NCBI GenBank assembly: GCA_964577515.1 | Contig: CAZNZN010000001.1 | Span: 876 to 64,875 of the forward strand | Source: an uncultured Candidatus Saccharibacteria bacterium | Lineage (GTDB): Bacteria > Patescibacteriota > Minisyncoccia > Phycocordibacterales > UBA9973 | DNA length: 64,000 nt | Direction of reading: 5' to 3' | Part shown: in pieces, positions 27,169 through 36,853 of the stretch | Position numbering within the stretch: position 1 is the first letter of the stretch | Layout of the letters: every line of letters begins with the position of its first letter | The notes under the pieces: model-generated | The model's database searches: none | Seen by the model: only the letters and a program-made list of their open reading frames with translations | What the model was told of the DNA's origin: nothing | Program-made: the position numbers and the translations under genes

Positions 27169-28806
27169 TCAAAAACTTTCCTGTATCCTCACTCGCACCC
27201 CTCCTTTCCAGCCAGCTTCGAGGGTGCCGATAAACGAGATTGTCGCACCAGGAACATATTGATTTTTCATTTCATCACCAACAAAAAAGGTAAACGCAGT
27301 AGCAATCCCTGTAGCATCGCGCACGACACACTCAAGGTGCTCTTTGTTTTTGCCGAACATCTTTGTACTAAGTATTTCGACATCCTCAAAAAGAAATCGT
27401 GGCTCAGGGTTCCCTACACCAAACGGCGCAAGCGCACGGAGCTTTTGTAGATGACGCATCGTTGCGATACCAAGTGGGAATGAAAGCGCATTCTCACTCT
27501 CGGTCGTATCTGCACTATGATCAACACGTTCAATTGCGGCGTTGAGCTCTTGTTCGAGAAAATGTATCTGCTCTTTTGCTACTGCGAACCCTCCTGCTGC
27601 TTGGTGCCCCCCTGCATGAAGCAACACTCCCTCGGGAAGTGCTTGAAAAAGATATGCAGCATGATGCTCGTCGAGCATGCGACATGATCCCTTGATGATA
27701 CCGTCTCCACTTTCGCCCCAAACAAAGAAACTCCGCTCATATGTTTCTTGGAGTTTGGTCGCAACGAGTCCGAGCACTGCTGGTCGCCACGTGAGATCTC
27801 CGAGGACAACAATCGGCGGGAGCTCCCGTGCTTCGAGTTTTTTGTGCGCTTCTTTGACGATACGAGCAACGAGTGTCTTTCGTTCGTTATTGATAGCTTC
27901 GAGTTTCTTGACGATTGCAAGCGCAGTGCTTGTATCTTCTGTTGCAAGGAGTTCAAACGCGAGCATTGGAGTGTCCATACGAGATGCCGCATTTAACCGC
28001 GGCGCAACAGAGAAGGTCAGATCGCTCTCGGTGAGTGTGTCGGGGTTCATATAGTTTTCAGCAAAGAGTGTGCGCAGACCGACGCGTCGAGTCTTTCGCA
28101 TGACGAGGATGCCGTAGGAAGCGAGCATTCTATTTTCTCCGACAAGTGGCACCATATCTGAAAGTGTTGCAAACCCGACTAAGTCGAGAAGCCATTTCTC
28201 CCACCCTTCTTTGATACCAAACTCATCGCGATGTTTTTCGAGAAATGCACAGACGAGATAAAACGCGACCCCCGCACCACAGGGATCACTGTTGGGGTAT
28301 GCACTCTTTTTTGGGTGGACCACTGCAAGCGCACTTGGAAGTTCGGCAAGAGGCTGGTGGTGATCAGTGATGATGACATCGATACCACGACTACGAGCAT
28401 CAGCTACTTCTGCAAGCGCGGTAATCCCGAGGTCTACAGTGATGATGAGCGTCACCTCTTGCGCTTCAAGCGCATCGAGTCCTCGAGTACTCATTCCATA
28501 CCCCTCATCGTGTCTATCAGGGATATATACATGGACTCGGTCAGCGCACCCTACTGCGCGAAAGAGATCGAGAAGGACAACTGCCCCTGGGATACCATCA
28601 CAGTCATAGTCTGCATAAATACCGAGACGCTCACCGTTTTTGATGGCAGTATAAATACGAGAGATAGCGGTGTGCATATCTTCAAAAAGCCAAAGGTCAC
28701 CGAGCGTGTACTCTGGGAAAAGAAACGGTTTCACTCCCGCTTCATCAATACCACGCGCTTCAAGGAGTAGTTTCTGAAATTCATCCGGAGTGGGAATAGT
28801 CTGCAT
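27169..28806 (-). CDS. recJ: Single-stranded-DNA exonuclease RecJ
   Basis: DYDCDG, TDHH, SDMVPL, PRLNA, GGHQAAGG, PFGVGNPEP; start ATG 28806. Confidence 0.96.
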   Translation of the reverse strand: MQTIPTPDEFQKLLLEARGIDEAGVKPFLFPEYTLGDLWLFEDMHTAISRIYTAIKNGERLGIYADYDCDGIPGAVVLLDLFRAVGCADRVHVYIPDRHDEGYGMSTRGLDALEAQEVTLIITVDLGITALAEVADARSRGIDVIITDHHQPLAELPSALAVVHPKKSAYPNSDPCGAGVAFYLVCAFLEKHRDEFGIKEGWEKWLLDLVGFATLSDMVPLVGENRMLASYGILVMRKTRRVGLRTLFAENYMNPDTLTESDLTFSVAPRLNAASRMDTPMLAFELLATEDTSTALAIVKKLEAINNERKTLVARIVKEAHKKLEARELPPIVVLGDLTWRPAVLGLVATKLQETYERSFFVWGESGDGIIKGSCRMLDEHHAAYLFQALPEGVLLHAGGHQAAGGFAVAKEQIHFLEQELNAAIERVDHSADTTESENALSFPLGIATMRHLQKLRALAPFGVGNPEPRFLFEDVEILSTKMFGKNKEHLECVVRDATGIATAFTFFVGDEMKNQYVPGATISFIGTLEAGWKGGVRVRIQESF

Positions 28807-28841
28807 GCCAAGAAGTGTACCATGGTACACTTCTTGGCATG
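28804..28841. promoter_or_regulatory. Perfect 38-bp palindrome, putative bidirectional leaderless promoter
   Basis: CATGCCAAGAAGTGTACCATGGTACACTTCTTGGCATG; each strand reads TGG-TACACT-7 nt-ATG. Confidence 0.75.
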
Positions 28842-29249
28842 GAAAAAACGATATTTCAAAAAATCATTGCTCGAGAAATCCCAGCAATTATTGTCTATGA
28901 AGACGACCGATGTGTGGCAATACTCGACATCAGTCCTATCAACCCAGGCCACACCCTTGTTATTCCTCGCGACCCTTACAAAAATATTTTTGAACTCCCA
29001 AAAGAGTTACTCGCACACCTCTTTTCAGTAGTACAAAAAATTGCAGGAGTACAGAAAAGTGCACTAGGTGCTGATGGTGTAAACATCATTATGAACAACG
29101 ATGCCGCAGCAGGGCAAGTAGTTTTCCATGCACATATCCATGTCATCCCTCGATACACTGGGGACGGTTACGAACATTGGCACAGCAAACGTCCCTACAA
29201 CGAAGGTGAAGCAGACCTTATTGCAGAAAAAATTAAAAATGCATTATAA
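28839..29249 (+). CDS. HIT family nucleotide hydrolase
   Basis: IFQKII, PINPGHTLVIP, GQVVFHAHIHVIPR. Confidence 0.95.
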   Translation: MEKTIFQKIIAREIPAIIVYEDDRCVAILDISPINPGHTLVIPRDPYKNIFELPKELLAHLFSVVQKIAGVQKSALGADGVNIIMNNDAAAGQVVFHAHIHVIPRYTGDGYEHWHSKRPYNEGEADLIAEKIKNAL

Positions 29250-29665
29250 AAAGCTGCCGACAATGTCGGCAGTTCTTTTGTAAAAACAATCGGAACCATT
29301 ATATGGATCCAACTTTTTTCGGTTTCGTCTGTGCGAAAGTACAGCACTACCTTCCCGCCAATATCGGCAAGAACGGGTTCGTAGACCCTGTCCCCTAAAG
29401 AACACGAGAAAACGGGTGTCTTCCCAGACACTCCTCGCTCTTCCCATATACAGAACATGTAGGAAGAATCCTTACCTTCTCCAACCTTCACAAGCGCCGC
29501 TTGTAAAAGAGCGAGAGGGGAGGAAAAAGTTTTTTCAATGTTCATACATTCAGGAAGCGCAAAGCGTTCGACAGGGTTCCCTATGGGGCCACCATAGGGA
29601 CGGCCTTGTCCTTTCGCACACAGTGTGACGACAAGGGACAATAAAATGCAGAGAATCTTTTTCAT
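29195..29665 (-). CDS. Hypothetical secreted protein
   Basis: Signal peptide MKKILCILLSLVVTLCAKG-Q; promoter TTGACT-16-TACAGT; 3' end overlaps HIT. Confidence 0.55.
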   Translation of the reverse strand: MKKILCILLSLVVTLCAKGQGRPYGGPIGNPVERFALPECMNIEKTFSSPLALLQAALVKVGEGKDSSYMFCIWEERGVSGKTPVFSCSLGDRVYEPVLADIGGKVVLYFRTDETEKSWIHIMVPIVFTKELPTLSAAFYNAFLIFSAIRSASPSL

Positions 29666-29796
29666 ACAAAAAGTTTTCTTAACTGTATATGAGTCAAACA
29701 ATAAGTCAACACAAAAGCCCGGAGAACCGGGCTTTTTAATTTTTTTCTTAGGACTTGGAAGTGGAGTGAGCCCTACCTTGGTTTTTCATAATTGCG

Positions 29797-30921
29797 CTAT
29801 TTCAACGATTGTATCCCAGGAAGTGTTCCTTTTGCAAGATATTCAATAGTAGCACCCCCTCCTGTAGAGACAAAAATATTTTTTTTGCCAAGTGTTTTTT
29901 GTTCGACCACTGCCCCAGTGTCCCCTCCACCGATCAGTACTGATGCTTTGGTCGAAGCCATAGCATCCGCGAGCCCAAGTGTTCCTTTGGTGAACCCTTT
30001 TTCATACCATCCTGTAGGCCCATTCCAGACTACGACCTTTGCTTGTGCTATTTTTGCAGCAATAAGCGCTACACTCTGAGGACCAATATCAACGATAACA
30101 TCTCCCTTTTCTACAGCATCAATAGTAACCGCTGTTTTCTTTTCATCACGAAGTACAACAACATCAACAGGTAAGAGCACTTTTGGAGAACGAAGTAGCG
30201 TAGCGATCTCTTTTTCATACCCATTTTCCACGACTGACCTCCCGACTTCAAGTCCTGCAGTTTTATAGAAAGCATTGAGTATTGCTCCTGCGATCACTAC
30301 CTGATCGGCATCTTTTATAAAACGTTTCAAAAGAGGAATCTTGGTACTAAACTTTGCTCCACCGAGAATAAACAAGAAAGGATGCTTTTTATTTTCGAAA
30401 AGTGGCGCAATAGCACGTAGTTCTTTTTCTAGCTGGATACCAGCATATGAGGGGAGGTAGCGTGGCACTCCGACCACTGACGCATGCGCTCGGTGTGAAA
30501 CAGAGAAAGCGTCATTGACATACACCTCTGCAAGACCAGCAAGTGTCTTAGAAAATGATGCAGCATTTTTTTCTTCTTCAGGATATTGACGAATATTCTC
30601 AAAAAGCATTACGGTGTCTTGTGTAACTGCAGCACAAAGCTCGACAATCGCGCTGGTGTTGTAGAGTGGTTCAGTAATAAACACTGTTTTGAACTTGTTG
30701 GAAAGGTATGTTGCAATAGGACGTAGTGAAAGTGACGCATCACCAAGGTGTGCAAGCAGGAGTACCTGGTAGCCTTTCCTCTGCAAAGTTTGGATAGAAG
30801 CTACTGCCGCATCAATACGTCGAGTATCGAGTATTTTGTTCCCTTTTAACGGAACATTGAAGTCTACACGAACAAGCGCTCGACCTTTTTTTGTTTTTGG
30901 AATAGTAGTAAGTGATTTCAT
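29797..30921 (-). CDS. pgk: Phosphoglycerate kinase
   Basis: VRVDFNVP, NDAFSVSHRAHAS, GGAK, WNGP, STGGGA. Confidence 0.96.
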   Translation of the reverse strand: MKSLTTIPKTKKGRALVRVDFNVPLKGNKILDTRRIDAAVASIQTLQRKGYQVLLLAHLGDASLSLRPIATYLSNKFKTVFITEPLYNTSAIVELCAAVTQDTVMLFENIRQYPEEEKNAASFSKTLAGLAEVYVNDAFSVSHRAHASVVGVPRYLPSYAGIQLEKELRAIAPLFENKKHPFLFILGGAKFSTKIPLLKRFIKDADQVVIAGAILNAFYKTAGLEVGRSVVENGYEKEIATLLRSPKVLLPVDVVVLRDEKKTAVTIDAVEKGDVIVDIGPQSVALIAAKIAQAKVVVWNGPTGWYEKGFTKGTLGLADAMASTKASVLIGGGDTGAVVEQKTLGKKNIFVSTGGGATIEYLAKGTLPGIQSLK

Positions 30922-30925
30922 ACGG

Positions 30926-31684
30926 TTACGCGAGAAGTGCTATATTTTTTGCGAGCATTGCAAAACGGCGCGCATCAAGACTTACCCGACCAACAAGAAA
31001 GCCTTGTGCACCACCTTCACTAACAAATGCTGCAGCATTCTGTTCGTTGACAGAGCCTCCATAAAGGATAGTAACCTTCTGACTCTCTTTTTCACCGAGA
31101 GCATCAGCAATCACTTTTCTAATAAAAATCACCATTTCTCGACACTCTACAGGCGTTGCTTCACGTACTGCATTTTTTCCAATAGCCCAGACTGGTTCAT
31201 AAGCGATCACTAGCTGTTTTAACTGCGCTTTTGGTATGCTTGTTACTACTTTTTCTACTTGTTCTTTGACAGTACTCAAATACCACCCATGCGCATCACG
31301 TTCTTTTTCTCCAACACAAACAATAGGGATAATCTTCTTCTGCAAAAGAAGCTCCGCAGAAAGTGCTACCTGTTCATCGGTTTCTCCACGAGCACGACTT
31401 TCTGAGTGGCCGACAATACAATACTGCGCACCGTATGACTTGAGCATCCCAGCGCTTACGAGCCCTGTCTGAGCTATCTCGCTCATTGCAGCTACTCCCT
31501 GTGCTCCTACAGCGAGTGTTTTCTTACTCTGTTTTGTAATAAAAGGAAGGTGTATTGTCGGAACACAAACAGCAACACCAATTTTTTTATAGGTTCGAGC
31601 AATAGCAAGCGTTTTTTTAGCAAGTGAGAGAGCATCAGAAGCTTTTTCTGGTGCCATTTTCCAATTCCCAATCAAAAGTATCAT
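30926..31684 (-). CDS. tpiA: Triosephosphate isomerase
   Basis: GNWKM, GHSE, AYEPVWAIG, YGGSV; start ATG 31684. Confidence 0.96.
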   Translation of the reverse strand: MILLIGNWKMAPEKASDALSLAKKTLAIARTYKKIGVAVCVPTIHLPFITKQSKKTLAVGAQGVAAMSEIAQTGLVSAGMLKSYGAQYCIVGHSESRARGETDEQVALSAELLLQKKIIPIVCVGEKERDAHGWYLSTVKEQVEKVVTSIPKAQLKQLVIAYEPVWAIGKNAVREATPVECREMVIFIRKVIADALGEKESQKVTILYGGSVNEQNAAAFVSEGGAQGFLVGRVSLDARRFAMLAKNIALLA

Positions 31685-31711
31685 AGGAAGCAGTATACCA
31701 CGCCGCAAATG

Positions 31712-33199
31712 TTACTCTTCGAGCTCTTCCCAGAGAATGATTTGGTATTTGTCAGATGCAAGCGGAAAATTTGGGGGTGGCGCATAGAGAAGGTTTGTAT
31801 CGTAGGTAATAGTACGAGTATCATATCCTGTGCCATCAGTATATGCATACCCATATCGTTGATTTGTCCCAAGCATTCCATAAAGCGAGATGCTATTGCG
31901 ATACACGTTGCTTCCACAATAGTTTGTCCCCCCACCATTTGTTGGAGGATCATAGTACGGCCGACCAATACGTCCATTTTGAGCAATCAATGCAGCATCA
32001 ATTTTAAGATTATTTGCTGAAAATAGCCCTGTAGTAATGTTATTTTGAGCAACAAGAGCAATAACATCTGACCCGTCATAATTGGTATAGCTCAGGTTAT
32101 TATTAACAATGATAGATCTTCGAGTTGTCGCGTTGTCAGGAAAACGAGCAGCCGCAATAGTAATTCTAGCGGTGTTTATTTGCCCCTCAACCCATACGTT
32201 GTCATCAACATAAATCAACCCATTAGAAGGTATCGTGTAATTTGCAACAAATGTTTTAGTGCCTATGCTCCAAGTACCCCAGTTTGCCTCACCAGTAACA
32301 TTTGTACAGTTATTTGGTGCAGCAGTGAGTGTATTTACCTTATACACATCAAAAGTATCATTTGTTTTGAGGATTATTTGGTACCCTTGAGCTCCAGACG
32401 GCAGAAGCGCTACTCCTCCTGCTTGCGCCTGTGTTTTGATTGTTGCGAGATCGTTTGTAATCCCAGCAAAATCAACAGCAGGAACAGGAAATGATCGTCC
32501 AGCCTTAAAAACATCTGTCCGAGTAGCAATTGAAGAAGGCGGTGCTTCTGCTGGACGAAAAGAAGTGTTTACCGTACCTGTACCAGCAGTAATATGCGTA
32601 TGAACACCAAACTCATTTCCCCCACTATGATCAGGATCATCGTAGGAAGTCTTTGCACTAGTTATTTTGTTCCATGCAACTCCATCAAAACGGATTCCTC
32701 CGTTTGAATGCAATGGCCCATACACAATAGTCCCTTCTCCAAAACGAATATCCGCATTCGCAAGTACTGAGTATTTTGCCAAAGAAGGGATAGCAAGATG
32801 GACAATGATGCTTCGAGAAGCTGAAGTATCAGCAAGCGCTGTTCCTGTTGATTTTATTTTTACCAATGTTGATCCGTCTGGTGGTGGTGTAATACTGAGT
32901 GTGTAAGTACCAATTTGTTGCCCCTCTTTGTCAGTAAACGGGTATGTATACGGTCCGGCCCCAGCATTTCCGAGAGTGTACCCATTCTGATAATGTGCCA
33001 AATACCATCGTGCATACTCGATACCAGCTTCTGCTATCTGCAAGGACACCTCTCTGCTTTGCACTCGTCGAGAAAGTTTTGTACTTGTCGCTCCCCATGA
33101 AACAAATGCGACAACCACCGTTATACTAATTGCCGCAAAAATCAACACCCCCATAAGAAGCATCCCTTTTTGTTTTAAGGTGTAAAGATTTTTTCTCAT
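31712..33199 (-). CDS. PilX-like pilus-associated protein
   Basis: QKGMLL + hydrophobic helix, SLQIAEAGIEYA, KSTG; located in the pilus locus. Confidence 0.75.
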   Translation of the reverse strand: MRKNLYTLKQKGMLLMGVLIFAAISITVVVAFVSWGATSTKLSRRVQSREVSLQIAEAGIEYARWYLAHYQNGYTLGNAGAGPYTYPFTDKEGQQIGTYTLSITPPPDGSTLVKIKSTGTALADTSASRSIIVHLAIPSLAKYSVLANADIRFGEGTIVYGPLHSNGGIRFDGVAWNKITSAKTSYDDPDHSGGNEFGVHTHITAGTGTVNTSFRPAEAPPSSIATRTDVFKAGRSFPVPAVDFAGITNDLATIKTQAQAGGVALLPSGAQGYQIILKTNDTFDVYKVNTLTAAPNNCTNVTGEANWGTWSIGTKTFVANYTIPSNGLIYVDDNVWVEGQINTARITIAAARFPDNATTRRSIIVNNNLSYTNYDGSDVIALVAQNNITTGLFSANNLKIDAALIAQNGRIGRPYYDPPTNGGGTNYCGSNVYRNSISLYGMLGTNQRYGYAYTDGTGYDTRTITYDTNLLYAPPPNFPLASDKYQIILWEELEE

Positions 33200-33828
33200 T
33201 GTTGTATTTTAAGGTTACGAATAGCGACCTGCGAACTGACTTCTGCTACAGGAGGAGGTTGCTTTGTATCTTGATCAATTCTTATCTTAATACCAATCAA
33301 GCGCACCGACTCCAAAGCACCCGAAGTTGGGTCAACAATACCTCCAGAGCCTCCAGTATAGGTATCACTATAATAGGTAAACATAGAGATACTTTCAGAT
33401 TGATTTCTGACCCCTGTCATAAAGGTAGTAGTTATTTTATTTGCTTGGTTATAGACAAGCGGGTTCCCTGTTGGTTTAATCACTTCTTTTATTAGATTCG
33501 TCCCTGAAACACTGTACTTAACCCATTCTTTTAAATTATCATTATCAATATCGCTATAGAAAGAGAAGCTATAGGCCCCTATTGCATCAATCGGGTACGC
33601 ACCAGCATTTGAAGGGCTCGATGAACGAATTTCTTCAGTCATTGGACGAAGGAGTTTTTGTGCACTATCGGCAGTAGAAAGTGTATTATTAAAATATCGC
33701 CCATAAGAGAAAACATCTGCTTCAAACTTTCCAATAACAACACTGAGTACTCCGACGATAGCAACAACGACAAGAATCTCAATGAGTGTAAGTCCTTTAT
33801 TCTTATGGAGTGATTGTTGTTGTATCAT
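33196..33828 (-). CDS. Type IV minor pilin / pseudopilin
   Basis: KG-LTLIEILVVVAI prepilin cleavage/methylation motif. Confidence 0.85.
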   Translation of the reverse strand: MIQQQSLHKNKGLTLIEILVVVAIVGVLSVVIGKFEADVFSYGRYFNNTLSTADSAQKLLRPMTEEIRSSSPSNAGAYPIDAIGAYSFSFYSDIDNDNLKEWVKYSVSGTNLIKEVIKPTGNPLVYNQANKITTTFMTGVRNQSESISMFTYYSDTYTGGSGGIVDPTSGALESVRLIGIKIRIDQDTKQPPPVAEVSSQVAIRNLKIQQ

Positions 33829-35572
33829 ACGTATCACCATTAATTGTAATATCTTTTACTACTGACGTATAGCCGGACTTACTTATAATCATACTGTATA
33901 TACCGTTTGAAAGTCCCCCAAAGTCAATCTGCCCAGGAGGAAGACATCCAGAAGAGTATGTAATACCTATATCACTTATACTTGGTGTTTTGGTTGTATC
34001 AATGGTTGAAAGAAATATCTTATAACGAAGGTATTGGTCTCCATTATGACTATCAGCGATATCTGCTCCGTTCACTGTGTAGTATGTTTGATCTGTGCCA
34101 TCAGGACCGACAAAGTTCCATGTTGTAGCATCATTATTGGTTGCTATTTGAAAACGTATCGCACTTGCTCCTACTCCAACAGGCTGAGTCCCTGGGAGCC
34201 AAGATAGTTGCTGAAATGTTGTCGGCGCACCAAAGTCGATAGTTGAAGAGGTAAGCGATCCGTTTTGAATGTATAGTCCAGCGCTTCCCAAAAGAGTGAT
34301 TGCTCCAACCGTGCTGTAGTCAATATTTCCATCAGAAGAAGCAAATTTTGTTTCATCGGTAAACAATGACTGTCCGCCACCACCGCTCCAATCTGTCTGC
34401 GTTAGCGAGCCGACACTTGTTTGACCACTACGACTTGCTGGACCGGAAAGAGCTACAGTAGCACCTGCGACAGGAAGACCTGAAGCATCAACAACTGCAA
34501 CAACAAGACGGTTGGGGGCTTCATCGTCTAGTGTAAGCGTCACTTGCGGCGCAGCTCCGGGCGAAATTGATAGCGGAGCAATAGGGTTGGTCCCCACAAT
34601 ATCGTATGTTGTCCCATTAATAACAGGAGAGTACGTGTCCCATTCAATACCTGAAAGGGTCAATGTACTTCCTGTCACAGAAAAAGGAATAGTAGTTTTT
34701 CTAACATCAGGGCTAGTTCCTATAAGTTTTGTTCCTACAAAACTACCAGATACACCACTGATGACAGTACATTGTGTAGTGCGCAAAGCAAGTGTTACTG
34801 TTGCGGTTGTATCAATAGCAAACGTTGATTGTGTAACAGTATTTGCAGCAACAGTAAGATGCGGCTTCACTGGATTAGGGTTACCTGTATCACCAGGCGT
34901 ATAGGTTCGGTCAACAGAATACCCTGATTTTGTCACAGTGATTTTATACTGCTCCGTCGAAGGAGGAGCATCAACAATAGTAAGCACCCCGTTCGTATCG
35001 GTAGTATCAGTAATGTTCACCTGTGGATTTAAGGCGGTGTTTTGTATTGTTACAGTAGCAGCAGGAACAGGTGCACCATTTGCATCAATAGCTTTTATTA
35101 TAAGCGCACCATTTCCATTTTCGGTTTCTAACCCTTTAGGAGCAACACCACTAGTATATTCAGCGGTAACAGGAGTAATACAAGAAGTGCACGCTACCTC
35201 TATAGAAACAAGTTTGTTGTCTGCAGGAGATAAATCGTTTGGTGTACCACCAAGGGTGCCATCCGCAGGGTAATCAATGTTACGAATTGTTGTTGTGACA
35301 AGAAAAGTAATACCGTTACGAACAACAGTCGCTGTCTGCGCAACGATTCCTGAAGGGATACCGTTTATTGTTCCAACATCTGTATATTGGAGGTTACGAA
35401 TAAATTCCATTTTTTCACTGGCGATCTGCGTTGCGATAGTCTTAACACGGATCCGTGTCGCAACTTCAGAAAGCTTTGCATATAATTGATATAGTGCTAC
35501 CGAGAAAACAACAAAAACAGCTGCTGCCACAAGTGTTTCTATAAGTGTTGTTCCTCGCTGAGAGCGACGCAT
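33803..35572 (-). CDS. Large minor pilin with beta-sandwich (carboxypeptidase-regulatory-like) domains
   Basis: RG-TTLIETLV; GAPVPAATVTI..TDTNG..ITVTKSGY repeats. Confidence 0.8.
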   Translation of the reverse strand: MRRSQRGTTLIETLVAAAVFVVFSVALYQLYAKLSEVATRIRVKTIATQIASEKMEFIRNLQYTDVGTINGIPSGIVAQTATVVRNGITFLVTTTIRNIDYPADGTLGGTPNDLSPADNKLVSIEVACTSCITPVTAEYTSGVAPKGLETENGNGALIIKAIDANGAPVPAATVTIQNTALNPQVNITDTTDTNGVLTIVDAPPSTEQYKITVTKSGYSVDRTYTPGDTGNPNPVKPHLTVAANTVTQSTFAIDTTATVTLALRTTQCTVISGVSGSFVGTKLIGTSPDVRKTTIPFSVTGSTLTLSGIEWDTYSPVINGTTYDIVGTNPIAPLSISPGAAPQVTLTLDDEAPNRLVVAVVDASGLPVAGATVALSGPASRSGQTSVGSLTQTDWSGGGGQSLFTDETKFASSDGNIDYSTVGAITLLGSAGLYIQNGSLTSSTIDFGAPTTFQQLSWLPGTQPVGVGASAIRFQIATNNDATTWNFVGPDGTDQTYYTVNGADIADSHNGDQYLRYKIFLSTIDTTKTPSISDIGITYSSGCLPPGQIDFGGLSNGIYSMIISKSGYTSVVKDITINGDTYDTTTITP

Positions 35573-35579
35573 GGTATTG

Positions 35580-36788
35580 TTATTTAATTGAATCCATTAT
35601 TGAATACATAGGAGAGAGCATTGAAACCGCAAAAAATCCAACAGCTGCTCCGATAAAAATCATAAGTACTGGTTCAATAATCGTCGAGAGATCTTTAGTT
35701 TTATTATCGACTTCTCCTTCATAAAAAGTAGCGACGTCTAAAAGCATCGTTCCAAGATTTCCTGTCTCCTCTCCTACTTCTATCATCTCGCTCATCATCA
35801 CAGGGTAGAGTTGTGTATGTGTTTTAAATACTCCAGAAATAGGAGCACCTTTCTGCACTGCAGCTTCGACTTCTTCAAGCACTTCTTTATAATACGCGTT
35901 TTGCACAACCTCTTTTGTAATAGCAATCGCTCGACTAATAGAAACGCCTGACCCTAGAAGAGATGAAAGTGTTCGCGTTGTACGAGCAGTATTCACTTCC
36001 TTTGCAATCCCTCCAACAACAGGAAGACGTGTAGAAAGCCAATCAATCATCCTTTTTGTTCTTGGTATCTTACTTATCGCTACTCCAAGACCAACAACCG
36101 CAGCAAGCGCGAGGAAAACTAACAGCACATGATTTGATATCAAGTCACTAAGTCCTATAACAAATTTTGTTGAACCAGGAAGTTCTGTACCAAGATCTTT
36201 AAAAGTCTTCGTGAGTGTTGGGACAACATAAATAAACATAAGTATCGCTATAAGTATGATCGCTGACATGATGATAGATGGGTACATCATTGCGCTTTTT
36301 ATTTTTTTATTTAACGCATAACTTTTTTCAAGGTTAAGCCCGATTTCATTGAGTGTTTTTGGGAGACCACCTGACTCTTCTCCTGCGCGAACCATAGCAA
36401 CAAACAGCGGTGAAAACACTTTGGGAAACTTTGTAAGCCCTTCAGAGAACGTCCCTCCTTTATCAATTGTTTCTGAGAGTGTTTGGATTATTTTTTTAAA
36501 GTAAGCATTTGTAGTCTGCTTAGAGAGTACCTGAAACGCTCTCGAAAGAGAGAGTCCTGCGCGAAGCATCCCTGAAAGATTTTTAGTAAAGATAATTTTT
36601 TCACTCAGCTTAACACTGTTACCTATAAAAGGAATAGTGATATTCATAGCCCCCTTCTTTTCTTCAAGCATAACAGGTGAAAGCCCTTGATTTTTTAGCG
36701 CAACAATAGCAGTTGCTTTATCATCGGCCTCGAGGGTTCCACTCACTACTCTTCCTGTTACTTGTCGTGCTTTGTAAGAAAACTTCAT
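35580..36788 (-). CDS. pilC: Type IV pilus inner-membrane platform protein (PilC/GspF)
   Basis: MVRAGEESG, AMMYP, VGEETG, IIEP. Confidence 0.93.
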   Translation of the reverse strand: MKFSYKARQVTGRVVSGTLEADDKATAIVALKNQGLSPVMLEEKKGAMNITIPFIGNSVKLSEKIIFTKNLSGMLRAGLSLSRAFQVLSKQTTNAYFKKIIQTLSETIDKGGTFSEGLTKFPKVFSPLFVAMVRAGEESGGLPKTLNEIGLNLEKSYALNKKIKSAMMYPSIIMSAIILIAILMFIYVVPTLTKTFKDLGTELPGSTKFVIGLSDLISNHVLLVFLALAAVVGLGVAISKIPRTKRMIDWLSTRLPVVGGIAKEVNTARTTRTLSSLLGSGVSISRAIAITKEVVQNAYYKEVLEEVEAAVQKGAPISGVFKTHTQLYPVMMSEMIEVGEETGNLGTMLLDVATFYEGEVDNKTKDLSTIIEPVLMIFIGAAVGFFAVSMLSPMYSIMDSIK

Positions 36789-36853
36789 GTCTCTCTAGTA
36801 TACCGTGTGACATAAAAAAAACGACCCTTGGTAGGATCGTTTTGTTGAAAACA

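Noticed and set aside
28815-28838. Identical N-termini MYHGTLLGM for recJ and HIT in the ORF track
   Set aside because: Artefact of translating the palindrome; the true starts are the second Met in each
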